A stretch of DNA of 64,000 bases from Massalongia carnosa (Eukaryota): assembly GCA_965645245.1 (NCBI GenBank), contig OZ287068.1, forward strand, positions 2,480,001 through 2,544,000, given 5' to 3'. Both the position numbers and the translations under genes were made by a program. Position 1 is the first letter of the stretch. Every line of letters begins with the position of its first letter. The notes under the pieces are model-generated. The model worked only from the letters and a program-made list of their open reading frames with translations. It was not told the DNA's origin and made no database searches. Below are positions 46,571 to 58,586 of the stretch, piece after piece.

Positions 46571-49500
46571 ATGGCTTCTGATGGAGATCCTTTTCCTTCT
46601 TCCTTGCCAAGCTTTGTTGGCTCCTCTCCTATGATTGAAACCAAGATACATGAGTCGGAAGGGGACGGCCAGGTTGACTTCTTCGAGTCAACCGTGGGTA
46701 TTGATTGGCATCTTGATTCCTTCTTGAATCAGGAGTTTCATGACTTGGCAGATGCCTCATATCAATTACATACATCTGCTGAACCCAATAGTAGTCAATC
46801 GCCAATGAGTACTCTGCAAGGCCTGAGTTTTTCCCAGTCCCCGGAGAGCTCCCCTTTAGATTATTCTTCTGGTTCTTCTATCCATCAACGCAATGGCTCC
46901 TCCAACTCGTCTCGTTCTGGATTTTTAGCGAAGGATATTGTAATGCTAGACAATGGTCAGATTAATACATGGGGTGTGGAAGAAGAGATGAGCCAAGTCG
47001 ATCCTCAAAAAAAACATGGGACTACCGATTTCTCAACCACGAATGAGTTGAATACTAGTAATAGTACTATGGCGAAGGTCTTTGATTTTGAAAATGCTGC
47101 TAGCAGTCCTAGCCCAGATATCAAGTCGAATGCTCTACTTAACAGCCCGCTCCAAAACTTGAAGATGCCATATCGTTCATCTTCACGAAATAATATTTCC
47201 CGGGCACAAAACTACGTTCACCGCTCTGCTATTTCGGTGGTGAGAGACTTTTCCCCCAGCCATACTTCATGACAACCCAAGATATCTTGATGCGTCGAGT
47301 TAATGGGTCAGATGCTTATTTCTTCTTTTTAGAACCCACCTGAGATATCTCCATTCTCACCAGTGTATGGGCATCCAGGAGCTTTACCTTATGTACCTCC
47401 ACCCAGGGCATATCCAATGGGAGAAGTATCCGTTCAACCCCTTGGAGGTCACCCACAACCTTCGCCATGGCCTCATGCCAGCGGCCCGGCAAGTACTCAA
47501 ATTTCAAGCCAGGTATTTAGTAGTCTTCATCATGCTACAGTCAGTATGCCTTCTACGTCTCCGATCGAGATCTTCAGCGCAGACCAGCGGCCCTCGCAAC
47601 CACCAATGCTCATTGTTCACCCTATAACCGAGAAATCCCGAGTAGAGACTCAAATACCCGTGAAACTGACTCTGTGTCAAATGCCGCCTGGAGTTACAAA
47701 GCTTCACATAGCTACACATAATATTGCGAGACCTAAGCATATTGCTAAGAAAGCGCCAGAGAGATGTCCTGAAATGTTAGAGTTGCATGTTGAGCTAGTA
47801 TGTACCAGCGCAATGCGTGATCTAAGCAAAAGGTCACGGGCTTTAGCTCGTGCCGCTACCTTACCAGAAATTGAAAGGAATGAGGAAAACCGACGGGAGG
47901 CTTCTTTCAAAATTCTTCCATACGCAGACGATGATCTTGAGAAGCCATCGAACGGTGGCTGTGTTCTAATTTGTGATGGGTGTATGAAGAGAGAGTTGAA
48001 ACGAGCAGACCGAAAGAAACTAAAAAATACTGAAGAGGAGGCTTTATGGTTGCCTCACAGCGGTAAACGGATTATCATGTTCAACTCCCCGCAAGTGAAA
48101 GATTGGGAAAATCCATTAGCAACCAAGATAAACATTAAAAAGAAAGATAAAGCTGCAAGACCTTTAGAGGAGGAGGTTATTGTTAAAGCCACCGAGTCAA
48201 TGGAGGTTACCGGTGGTATGCAGGTGTTTTTGCCTATGAGAATCTGCTGTTATTGTCGTCACCAGGAGGAGAAAATCGGTTTTCAGTAGGCTGTGTCTTT
48301 CAACTTTTTAAAGCCGATCATTAATGAAGCAATTTAGGGTCATTTTTACAATCAAGGATTACCAGGACAGATGCGTTGCGCAAGCAATGACAAATTCTAT
48401 CATGATTACGGATGATCACAAAACGCATGTTGCTCCTGTCTCAGCAGCGCTGTCGATGACTTCTCATACGGATAGTGCACAGCTGCCTGGTGCTGGTGTC
48501 TTTTCGCAAGAGCCTGCAGGTCAAATCGCACCTACACCATTCAGGCATGCTTATTCAGCCACTGACCTCCAAAGGTTTCCGCAAAAGTTCCATGCTCGGC
48601 TCCCACCGAACCCATTTGCATTCTCTGGCCCCCAGGATCTCTCTCACGCTAATTCTGCAAATTTAACCCCCCAAAGTTTATCGCGGCCAGCATCACCATC
48701 AGTCTCAGTCGAACGTCAACAAAAAAGAAGGAAAGGTAGCGGATCTGGAAACCTAGCCAGGGATCTCACTATGACTAAAATCAACACAACTGATGCTCCT
48801 AGAACTTCTATGATTGACCAGATATCACACGGTGCTTCTAATGGCCTGCTTTCAACGGGGGCATCTTTTACCCATCCACTGTATAGTACTCATCAACTTC
48901 CAAGGGAAAACTCGCAATATACAACGCCTTCTCAAAGCCACACTCGCCCAGCAACTCCAGCATTTCCTGGAAATGGCCTCGTCGAGCCTAGACTAAGTTC
49001 TCAAAACCTAGAAATCGTAGACTCCCTATTTTCACCACCGATCGCAACTCATACTCCCACCAACATGCAAAGCCGCATGTCAAGCCTTATATCAAGCGGT
49101 ATGTCGAGTCCTGTCACCAGTGGGTCCCCACATCAACCAAGGAATGTAAATTCAGATGTACCAGAGCATCAACAACAGAATGCATTGCTGTTTCAAAGAG
49201 AAGCTGTACCTATTGCAATTGCGACCACACGTCCGCCAACTATTCATAAGATTATTCCTAATGAGGGGTCTAAGTCTGGAGGAATTGAGGTTACTTGCCT
49301 TGGTACTGGCTTTCACCAGGGTCTCCAGGTCATGTTTGGGGATGTCTATGCAACTACAACGACATACTGGGGGGAGAGCTCCCTTGTTTGCCTCTTACCT
49401 CCAGCTCTACACGCTGGCCCTGTCACAGTCCGTTTCACACAAGATTATCTACAAAACACCCCTACTCCATCCAGACAGCAAATAATCTTTACATACATTG

Positions 49501-51078
49501 ATGATGATGAGCCAGAGATTGTCAAGCATGCACTTACTACTCTTGTTCATAAGATGACGGGACGGACGGAGGATCCAGGTGAAATTGTTCGTAAAATGAG
49601 GAATGGTACCCTTTTAGGACCAGAACTTAGAAACGGAAATGGCGTGGTTAATGGCAATGGCGTTATTGGCCATGCGGCAGTCCAGCACCTCCAACCTCCT
49701 GATATGAGTTCTGGTACTGCTGACCCAGTCGAGCTTGAAGCATGGCTGTTGAGGTGCCTTGATCTTATCGATCTTGATGACAGTCCCTTCCCACCACGCT
49801 TAAACACAACAAGGAGTAATGGGCAAACTATGTTACACCTCAGCGCTTCGCTTGGGTTCCAACGCTTTGCTGCTGCACTGCTTGCACGAGGAGCTCATCC
49901 AGATATGAGGGACAAGAATGGCATGTCTCCAATGCACATGGCATCTCTTAATGACCACGACAAAATTGTGCGGAAGCTTCGTGCAGCGGGGGGCGATCCG
50001 ACACTACGTAGCTTGCGTGGCTACACCCCAGCTGATATGGCGTCTACGCAAGCAATGTGCGATATTATTGAAGTTCTGGAGCGTTCTCCTTGGTATCAAA
50101 GCGCCAGAGCAACCCCTTCATCTCAACAAACCCGAAGCAGCAGTGTTGTGTCTCTTCGATCCTTGTGGGGATGTCGTTCAGCGTGTGGGTCCGCCAGATT
50201 CGAAAGCGTACAGCATGATGAATACGACGATGCCATTTTGAGCGATGATGGGGCTCCATCGCTCCTGAGTAATATCAACTCAATGCCTCAATTATGGTCT
50301 CAGTCTGGAGGGAACAGCGAAGCAAGAGAAGAATCATTTCTGGACGGCAGGTCACCTAGTGACCCTGTTGGGAATGATCGCTTACTTGCTGCCGCAACTG
50401 CGTGGTCTGCATGGAGAGATCAAATTGCTACGCAAGTTCAACAACTCCAACAAAGTGTGCATCGAACTTTGCCCAACCTACCCATGCCAACTTTACCGCC
50501 TATGCCTAACCTTCCAGACTACCAAGGCTATCCTATGATGAAGAAGATCAGCTCACTAGTTCCGCAGCGTTATCCCCGCAACGCTGCTCGAGGTCCAAAG
50601 GACAACGATTATCGCTGGTGGGATTTGTTGAAGGGAACGGCTGCGCCTCCTGCCTATAATCAGCTGTATCCTCATGATGACCAGGAATCCTTAGATATCA
50701 AGAAAGGCACTATACTACGTGCGGTAAGCGACACATTGCAAGATAAGAAATGCTCGGTCGAACTCGACAACCGCATCCATCGGGACGCTTCGATTCTAGA
50801 CAACATAAAGATTGACAATGACATCCTTACCTCGCGACAACAAAATGAATTGAGGGCTGCTCATGCCATGAAAGTGAAACGATTACGAAGTGATAGAAAC
50901 CTGTTTTTCTTCTGGGTATTGCGCAGTAGCATCATAAGATTTGGCTTTGCTGACAACTATACAGATTCCGCTGCTAGTGCTTGTAATGATGGCGATGCTC
51001 AAAGACCGTGTGCCCCAGCTTTGGCATAACGTTTGCCACGCAATCACCTATGTTCACACTCATTACCACGGATATTGA
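46571..51078 (+). CDS. MGA2: Mga2/Spt23-like membrane-bound transcription factor (IPT/TIG + ankyrin + TM), 4 exons
   Basis: KSRVETQI, MRICCYCRHQEEKIGF, IMITDDHK, IPNEGSKSGGIEVT, GQTMLHL ankyrins and SDRNLFFFW/IPLLV TM segment. Confidence 0.93.
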
Positions 51079-52012
51079 ATAGGAGTACAATGATCAATGA
51101 TGAGCGATGCCTGATGCAATGATCTTGATTTACGATAGAGGACGTGTCCAAGGCTTTGTGGACGAAAGCGAGAATGATCTAACTTCTACAGGCTGGAACA
51201 AATGTTACGCACTTCCAGCGATACCACTAAGCCGAGAACTCGGTGAATAAGATTGCATTATTTTCACATATGCAAGTATAGGTAGCTGAACAGACCATTT
51301 TCGCTGATTCATAGAAGACTTCCCAAGCCCTGTACTTAACAGCTTTTCTTTTATTACTTGATTTTCCATTCGTAATGTAACTACTGAAATGGTGTCTTTG
51401 GCTTAATCTACATAGTGATGATCCCCACGCGGTTTTCTATGAGATGGTCTGTTTTCTACTGGCGTACTTAGACTCTGTATTTGAGTAGTGGATAAATCCC
51501 AAAATCTGTATATAGCGACACAAATTTTCTGTATCGATCTATTTAAAGAGACTATGGCGATAGCCAATTCTTAAATTCTATGATGAATAGTAGTATTTGT
51601 CGATTTGCACTTTTTTATGTACTAAGGAGAGAAGTGTCCTCTTGAAAGCATTGGTCCCTAATTTGATAGGGCTTGCAGATTTTCAGTTGTGTGTTATTTA
51701 GGAAGCCCCATTAAGGAGAACAGCGTGCTTTGACATTTGATATGAGAGTAAGAGAGAACCAGCCGCGGATTAAATACATGGTAGCAAATTATTTGAGCTT
51801 TGGTCGGCAGTTTTCGGTCTCTCTATTATGGAACTCGATTTTAAAATCGTTGATACCCCTGTCTTTAAAACGTAGCGCTGGCAATCATATATGACAGCTT
51901 AGAATAATTTACTTATATTTAAATGGAAAATTTAAGAACCTCGCTCCTATCGAGATTTAAATTGCCGGCATTCTCCTATGAAATCGACCGTTAACGTCGC
52001 TGCTAGCAAATC

Positions 52013-53225
52013 TCATCTCCTATGCGTCTCCTCCTCCAAGCCAACTCCAGGCGGCACCTCTGCCGTTGGTAGAACCACGTCTTCATTGTCCCAAAACCTA
52101 GTGTTCATGTCTTTCCCCCTGACGAGGCCCACCAAATCCATCGGATCCAGGATCGTCACCAGAACCGGCCTCTTGTCCTTCCAGCCCGGCCCCTTGAGCT
52201 CGGTGACGCCGTCTCTGGAAAGGTAGATTTTGTTCGACCGCGGCAGGTACAAGCGCGGATGGTAGACGTTGAAAATGACGCTATTGATTAGCATCAAGCC
52301 ACCATCGAAGACGTAGAAGAAGGCCTCATGCGTTTCCACGTAGCCGTCATATCCCTGGAAGATGTTGACGACGCGGTAGATGTTGCGGATCACGATCAAA
52401 GCGCTGCTCGCGTAGAGCAAGTTGATGACGGGTCTTAGTTTGGGGCGCACCACGTTGGCGCGCAAGCACCGTCGATGGAAGACTCCCACCAGAGCGATGA
52501 AGGCAAGAAAGCACGCCACCTGCAACAAGATGGAGGCTCGGATTTCCCCCTTTCCTTCCTTGATCTGTCCCAGGCTATTGGAGAAATTACTCACTTTGGC
52601 GGCGCCGTTGGCGGTAAGAACGGCGACAATGAGATCCAGGCCTAGGAAAGTAGAAATCACACGGCCCGGGTGGATAGGCGAGAGATAAGGGACGTAGTAG
52701 AGCGTGCGGCCCAGGACGAGGTAGTTAGTCAACGAGTAAACGGGTCTAGATTGTATCAAAGAAAACGTCAACACCGGAGTGTGCCTTGTTTGGATCGGCC
52801 AGACGGACGAGGAGAGACGAACGGAGCGCAGAGAACCAGAATATTGGTGGCGATGAAGATGCCCAGGTCGTGGGGGTGCTTGACGGAGACTTCCCGCATG
52901 GCGAAGCCAGCGAGGAAGAGCAAACCACCCCACGGTAAAGCGGCGGTGATATGCCAGGACTTGTATTTGCTATTGATAGGCGCGAACCGACGTTATCATT
53001 TGGTTCATCACAATGGGGCGGTTATGCAATGAAGCTTCTAGCTGCCTTACATGTTTTGGTAGATGTGCCAGGCCATGGTCATCCCGAACAAGCTGCAGAA
53101 GACGATAGGGGCTGCTTTGTTGGGCTCGTAGCCATAGTAGACTGGGAGTATGGGCTCTGTCAGTCGTTTGGTTTACAAGGGGTTCGTTGAAGGGATTCCC
53201 CACGATTATTATACGATTTACCCAT
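52013..53225 (-). CDS. RTA1-like 7-TM protein, multi-exon
   Basis: ATG G|GT intron then EPILPVYYGYEPNKAAPIVF; NYLVLGRTLYYVP, TFLGLD, IRNIYRVV, HEAFFYVFDG and VYHP. Confidence 0.88.
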
Positions 53226-55046
53226 GTTTAGGTGGACTCAAGGTGGAGCTAGAAAACAATGTTCAATGACCGAAATCTGTTCGAGTTTATTGTATTGCTG
53301 GTGATATCAGATCATTGTTAACGCTTCAGAAATCCTGACCGAACAAGGAGAGAGAGAATCAGGAGACTTTGAAAGCAAAAACGAAACGCCATCTTCCGAG
53401 ATTATATAGCTCTTAAAAGCAACTACTTTGAAAGAAAAGCTTCTGATATGAGAGAAGCACTTGAGAAGGCTGCCGGAGTTTAGTTGAGGGGGCCAATATA
53501 TTCCCGACCCTGACCGACCAAAGCTGGCCTCTACTCTGTACATAATAAACATTAGGTTACTCAATCGCCCGCAAATGGAGCACACTGAAGTGAGATTTTC
53601 CTTGTATTTTATTTGCTTAGTCTTCCACCGCCTGATCGTTATACTGTTACCCGAAGTCTCCGCCCCTCCCGCTCTAGCGAAGGCTTATCCGAGTACCATC
53701 GAGATTCAAACATCGCTTACGACCCCCATCGTGTGCTCGGCGGGAGACTTATACTCCTAACAGTTCTTGGCATTTTCGCACTGACCGCAAGGCTCAAGTA
53801 TCATAGAACAAGTGCGCTGTCTTTAGTCTTTAATAATCATTAAGCCGCTCTAAAAATATCTCTTGTTGCTCAGCAAAATAATTGGAGCTCTTTTCCTTGA
53901 CCACTGTGACTTTTGCGATTGATATACATTGGCGCAGGTATGCCTTGGCTGCCAAACATTCAAGCTTGAGGGAACTTCCCCACCCGTGATTCTTTTAGAT
54001 CAGGAGATCAGCAGTGCCTCACTCTTGCGCCGAAGGCCTGCCTTTGTATCTAACCTTATCCTGTAACACAGACATGAGAGATCAACCTCGCCACTAAGGG
54101 TCAACTGGAGGCATCATGGTCATTCAAACTATCTGCAAACCAGCAGTCATGAGTATGCTGTCCGATTTGATGCACTACCTGGGCAGACTAGATCACGTTA
54201 TTTGCAGGTCTAGAAACTCCGTTGAGAGCGAGGCTCGTCCATCTTGTTAAGGTGCAGAACAACCTGTAAGGCTTCCCCCGAGGACAGTATGAGTGAAGAA
54301 CACGGAATTAAGATGCGTTGATCGAAACCGTAATCGAGGAGAAATCTGAGAGACAGCAGTATAAGCGGGCATCTGATATTTGCTTAAAGAATATAAATTT
54401 CCGAGTATCGGCAAGAGCTTTAGATACCCGAGGCTTCCAGTATCCTTTGTAGAAGTAGCATCTGTTTGGTTTCCTTCAAAGCCTTGTAGTAACAGCCAAT
54501 CCGGCCTGCTAGGTCAGAAACCTCTACGTGGTGCAGGCTATCAACACCTCCTCGGAGGTGGCCAATATCTGATCATCGCCAACGCGGAAGCCCACCTTGG
54601 TGGCCGTTTGAGTGATCGACGTCTCTACTGATCATTCACCACTTCGAAGGCATACAAAGCCCATTCATTCGGAATGCCCACACTTCCACACCTTCATTTA
54701 TACGACACCACAATCTACCCTCGATCACGGCCAGTCTTTCCTTCATTGAGTCAAAACGGTTAAAGAGAGAGAACGTTCGTCGAACGTGTGGAGATACACT
54801 GTCTAGTTCATCAAGTCTACAGGATTCCTAGCACTTGAAGATCTGGGTGTATGCACCGCGTGGTAGAAGAACGTTTTCGAAACGCTCAATATGGATTTAG
54901 GGAGTGGTTTTACCCTGAGGGTCAGGTTTCCACTTCCTGACTGTTGTTCATGTACCTCGGGGGAGCACCAAACCCTTGTGTCCCAGCACTGTGGGATTCC
55001 CATGTATTCGCTGATCCCAGACTCATGTACTTTGAATTCGACGAGT

Positions 55047-55863
55047 CTAACTCGTTCTTGGGGGTCTGATTAAATCCATCGGGTGTGTTGATTCATCAAC
55101 GTTGCTAGCATCTAACCTTTCCAAAGATCCTTCAGGTTTTGGCGGTGTTGAGTTGTCCGCCCTGTTGTCCAATGGGATCTCAAGAAACCCTTTTTCTTTC
55201 CTTCGATCGAAGCCGGAATTCCACATTCTAACGCCAAATACAACGGCGACAATAATGCTGACGGTCGGTAATACAACCCCAATAGCGATTGTCCCCGATG
55301 TGCTCAAGCCTCCCCCTGTATTTCCTTTTCCGGAAGCCAACTATGATGATGCCGATTGTGACGAGGAAGAAGTTTGCGGTGACGAAGATGCGGTGGAGCT
55401 TACAGTGGCTGTAAAAGAAGCAGTCGCCTTACGCGAGTGACTCGCAGAAGGATCATTGGAAGCAGAGGCTTGAGCGCCACACAGTAGCTCCCAGGAGACG
55501 AGATGCTCTGAACTGGTACAGGTTCCTACGGGTTCTGTTGCTGGCGCGCGAGTTGCGTTGAAGGAGCAGATATCGTTGCTATAGAAGACTACTGAAGGAT
55601 TCACACGAATCAGAGGGTTTTGCATGCTACTGTAAAAATTGCTACCCACCTCCGCAGCCATCATCAATCTCAGCTGTGCGAAAACTATGACCGATTGACT
55701 CTCCCAGATGACAGCCTTTGCTCGCTTCGCTTCCTGTTGGAGACCAAATGGCACTCGTATTGTGGCACTCAAAATCATGGTAAATCATCACCGTCGTTCC
55801 TGCGAGAATCTGGGAGCCATGGAGAAGCAGCAGGAGGGTATGAAAAAGGTGCTCGAGCAGCAT
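55047..55863 (-). pseudogene. Signal peptide + Cys-rich + Ser/Thr-rich + single TM surface protein with an in-frame TAG before the TM
   Basis: Exon 1 is 55863-55650 (MLLEHLFHTLLLLLH...), phase-1 intron 55649-55592. Exon 2 reads VVFYSNDIC...SSSQSASS*LASGK...GTIAIGVVLPTVSIIVAVVFGVR. TAG at 55343-55341. Confidence 0.65.
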
Positions 55864-56609
55864 CAAAAGTCTTGCAATGGCTCCAGAACAAGCCAGGGGC
55901 TTGGATTAGGGGAGAAGGAGACATTCTGGCTGCAGACATTAAGTAAACGTCAGGAAAGAAAGCTGCTGACATGGAACACGGCTGGTAGACAGAAATTTAT
56001 TTCCAGAGCGGGAGAGTTTTCGCAAGAGGTAAATATCCTAGCCCTATTACACAGACGAATATGCTCAGTTTCATCCGCATGTTTGTACACAACATAGTTT
56101 TCCTAACGAAAGATCTTCAAGCAAAAGAGATGGTTTGCTGATAGTGCAAGCTATCAATGGATACGTGAATGCTCATCACACCTACTCATTCCCTTTGATT
56201 TGCGCGTTAATGCTTCAGATGGATTTCTTGCTTGAATATCTACAACTCCCTCGCAAATTAGTACTCAATGAGCGCCCATTGAAGATTTAAATTATCCGCG
56301 AGTGCATTCGCTCATTTTGATTTTCAGACGCATCAATTCTTATTTCAAATCTATAGTTTGACGTCATGCTAACCAACAGGAATTCGTGGATCATATGCCT
56401 CTTAAATACCCTGTCACGCCCCTTTTAGGGTCCTTATGTCCGGGGTTATTATTAATTCATTAAGCGTATGCATCCTAAGGATATGACGCTGTGACGGCTA
56501 TTTATGTACAAAACATCCCCCAGCACCAAATTTCGTTAATGATGAGTCACAAGAATCTCAGGGTTTTGCAGAACTGCCGGTAAATAATGCTAATCGTCGG
56601 CTTGTCTTT

Positions 56610-56694
56610 CATCATCATCATCATTAGCATCATCATCATCATCATCATCATTATAATCATCATTAGCATCATCATCATCATCATCATCATCATC
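56610..56694 (+). repeat. Imperfect (ATC)n microsatellite
   Basis: ~28 triplets with ATT/AGC/ATA interruptions. Confidence 0.95.
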
Positions 56695-58586
56695 AATTGT
56701 AATGATACTGTCACGCGTCTGAATGATGCTAAGCAGTCTCTAATAGAAAATCCACTTGAAAGCAAGATATGCGCTGCTCGCATATTTGACATTCCTCGTA
56801 CCACTTTACAAAGTTCACTTGCTCAAAATAGCGCGTCGAATGAAGTCGAGAAGAGAGGAGGACATAATAAGATATTGGAGAAGCATCGGATCAAAGCGAT
56901 ACATGAGTTCATTCGCTCGTTACTTATGGTGTTCAACCGACACATGAACTGATATTCAACGCGATCAAGAGTCTGAAGCGAAGGCAGAATGCTGATTATA
57001 AAGGTCCTACTAAGTGATGGTTTAGAACATGGAACCATTTACATAAGATTAAGACTAAACCGCTAGCAGTCGTTCGCTATACGGCGTAAAGGAGTATTAT
57101 TCTATTAGTCCTGAGAATAGAAAATCTATCACCATTTTCGAGAATATAAACGCCGCCAGTGATTATCCGCCACCTCCTTTACTTGTCATATAAGGTCATG
57201 ATATGATGAGCAATTGGTTTGCAGACGAACTGCCTAAAGGAACTCGAATTGTTTCGTCAGAAAATGGATTCACATCGGATAAAATAGCGATTGCATATCT
57301 GCAACATTACATTGAAAATTCTGATCCAGGATCTGAGAGTGATTGGAAGTTGATGCTCATGGATAATCACGGTAGTCATGTTACTCCTGAATTCATCAAG
57401 CTTGCCAATGAAAACTGGATTCGTCCTTATCCTTTGATACCACACTTGACGCATTGTATGCAACCGCTTGATGTAGGAGTGTTTCAACCTTATAACATTG
57501 GCATGATGTGGCCATTCAAGATGCGATTGCGGAGTTCAATGTAGAGTATACAATAACTCGATTTTGTCAAGATCTCACCAAAATACGAGATAACACATTC
57601 AAGGAATCCACTATTCAATCTGCCTTTGAAAAATCTGGAATGTGGCCTATTAATGAGGAGAAATGCACTGAACAGCTAAAGAAGTTTGTACCTTCGCAAA
57701 GTGAGAATAATTCTTCTTCTTTTTTAACATCATCTCTCCCAACATTGCCACGAATTCAACCTAAAACGTTTGATGATGTTGAAAGAGGATTACCTGAATG
57801 GCTACCCAAAATTCGCGACAATACACAATGGAGTGATCCAGTCCGGGAACAGGAGTTAGAGGAATTCGTGATTAATACGAAGGAAGTTGTTGCCAAATCG
57901 ACGCTTACGAAATTCGAATTATCACTTCATCATGAGCGAAGAAGCAATGAATTACTACAGAGAGCAACTTCTCGCAAGCGATTAAGACCTAATTACTCGA
58001 CAGACGGAGGATTAGGACTCACGAAGGAGGATGCGCAACGAGCAATTGTTGAAAGACAGCAAAAAGATGAGTAGATAGAAAAGAAACGAGAGCACAACAA
58101 CTTCATGAGAATATGGCGAATGAAAAGAGATAGTGTACAGTGTTATCACTCGAAAGAATGAAAAGATCAGAATAAAACATGTCAAAGACCTCGCAAAACA
58201 GGGAGTTAGCATATCCGATGAAATGTTGACTCCCATTGATGATCCTGAGGCCATTTGGAAGGCGAGCGACATTACTTGGCAGACGGAAGAGACCAAAAAA
58301 TAGACGAAGAAAGGAGTAAAAGATACTCATATATTCAATGATGAAGAGGAAGAGACAGAGACTATCTTTATCATGGATACTGTAGGTGATCAAAATCTAC
58401 GATTTATAGGTGAGGGTGATTCTATTCGTCTACAAAAGAACTTCGTTGCCTTTGAAATGGAAGAGGAAGACGCTGTCGACGACAGCGACGAGGATGATGT
58501 TCAGGAGCAGTTGGGTTATTATTGGTATAACTACTATTATAACATTTTTGATGCTTGATCTTTGTACAAAAAAATCCCCATCGTTA

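Noticed and set aside
56412..56496. TGTCACG...GTGACG segment resembling a solo LTR
   Set aside because: Only ~85 bp, the end is not CA, and there is no TSD or second copy.
56547..56804. Poly-Met ORF on the minus strand
   Set aside because: It is the antisense reading of the ATC microsatellite.
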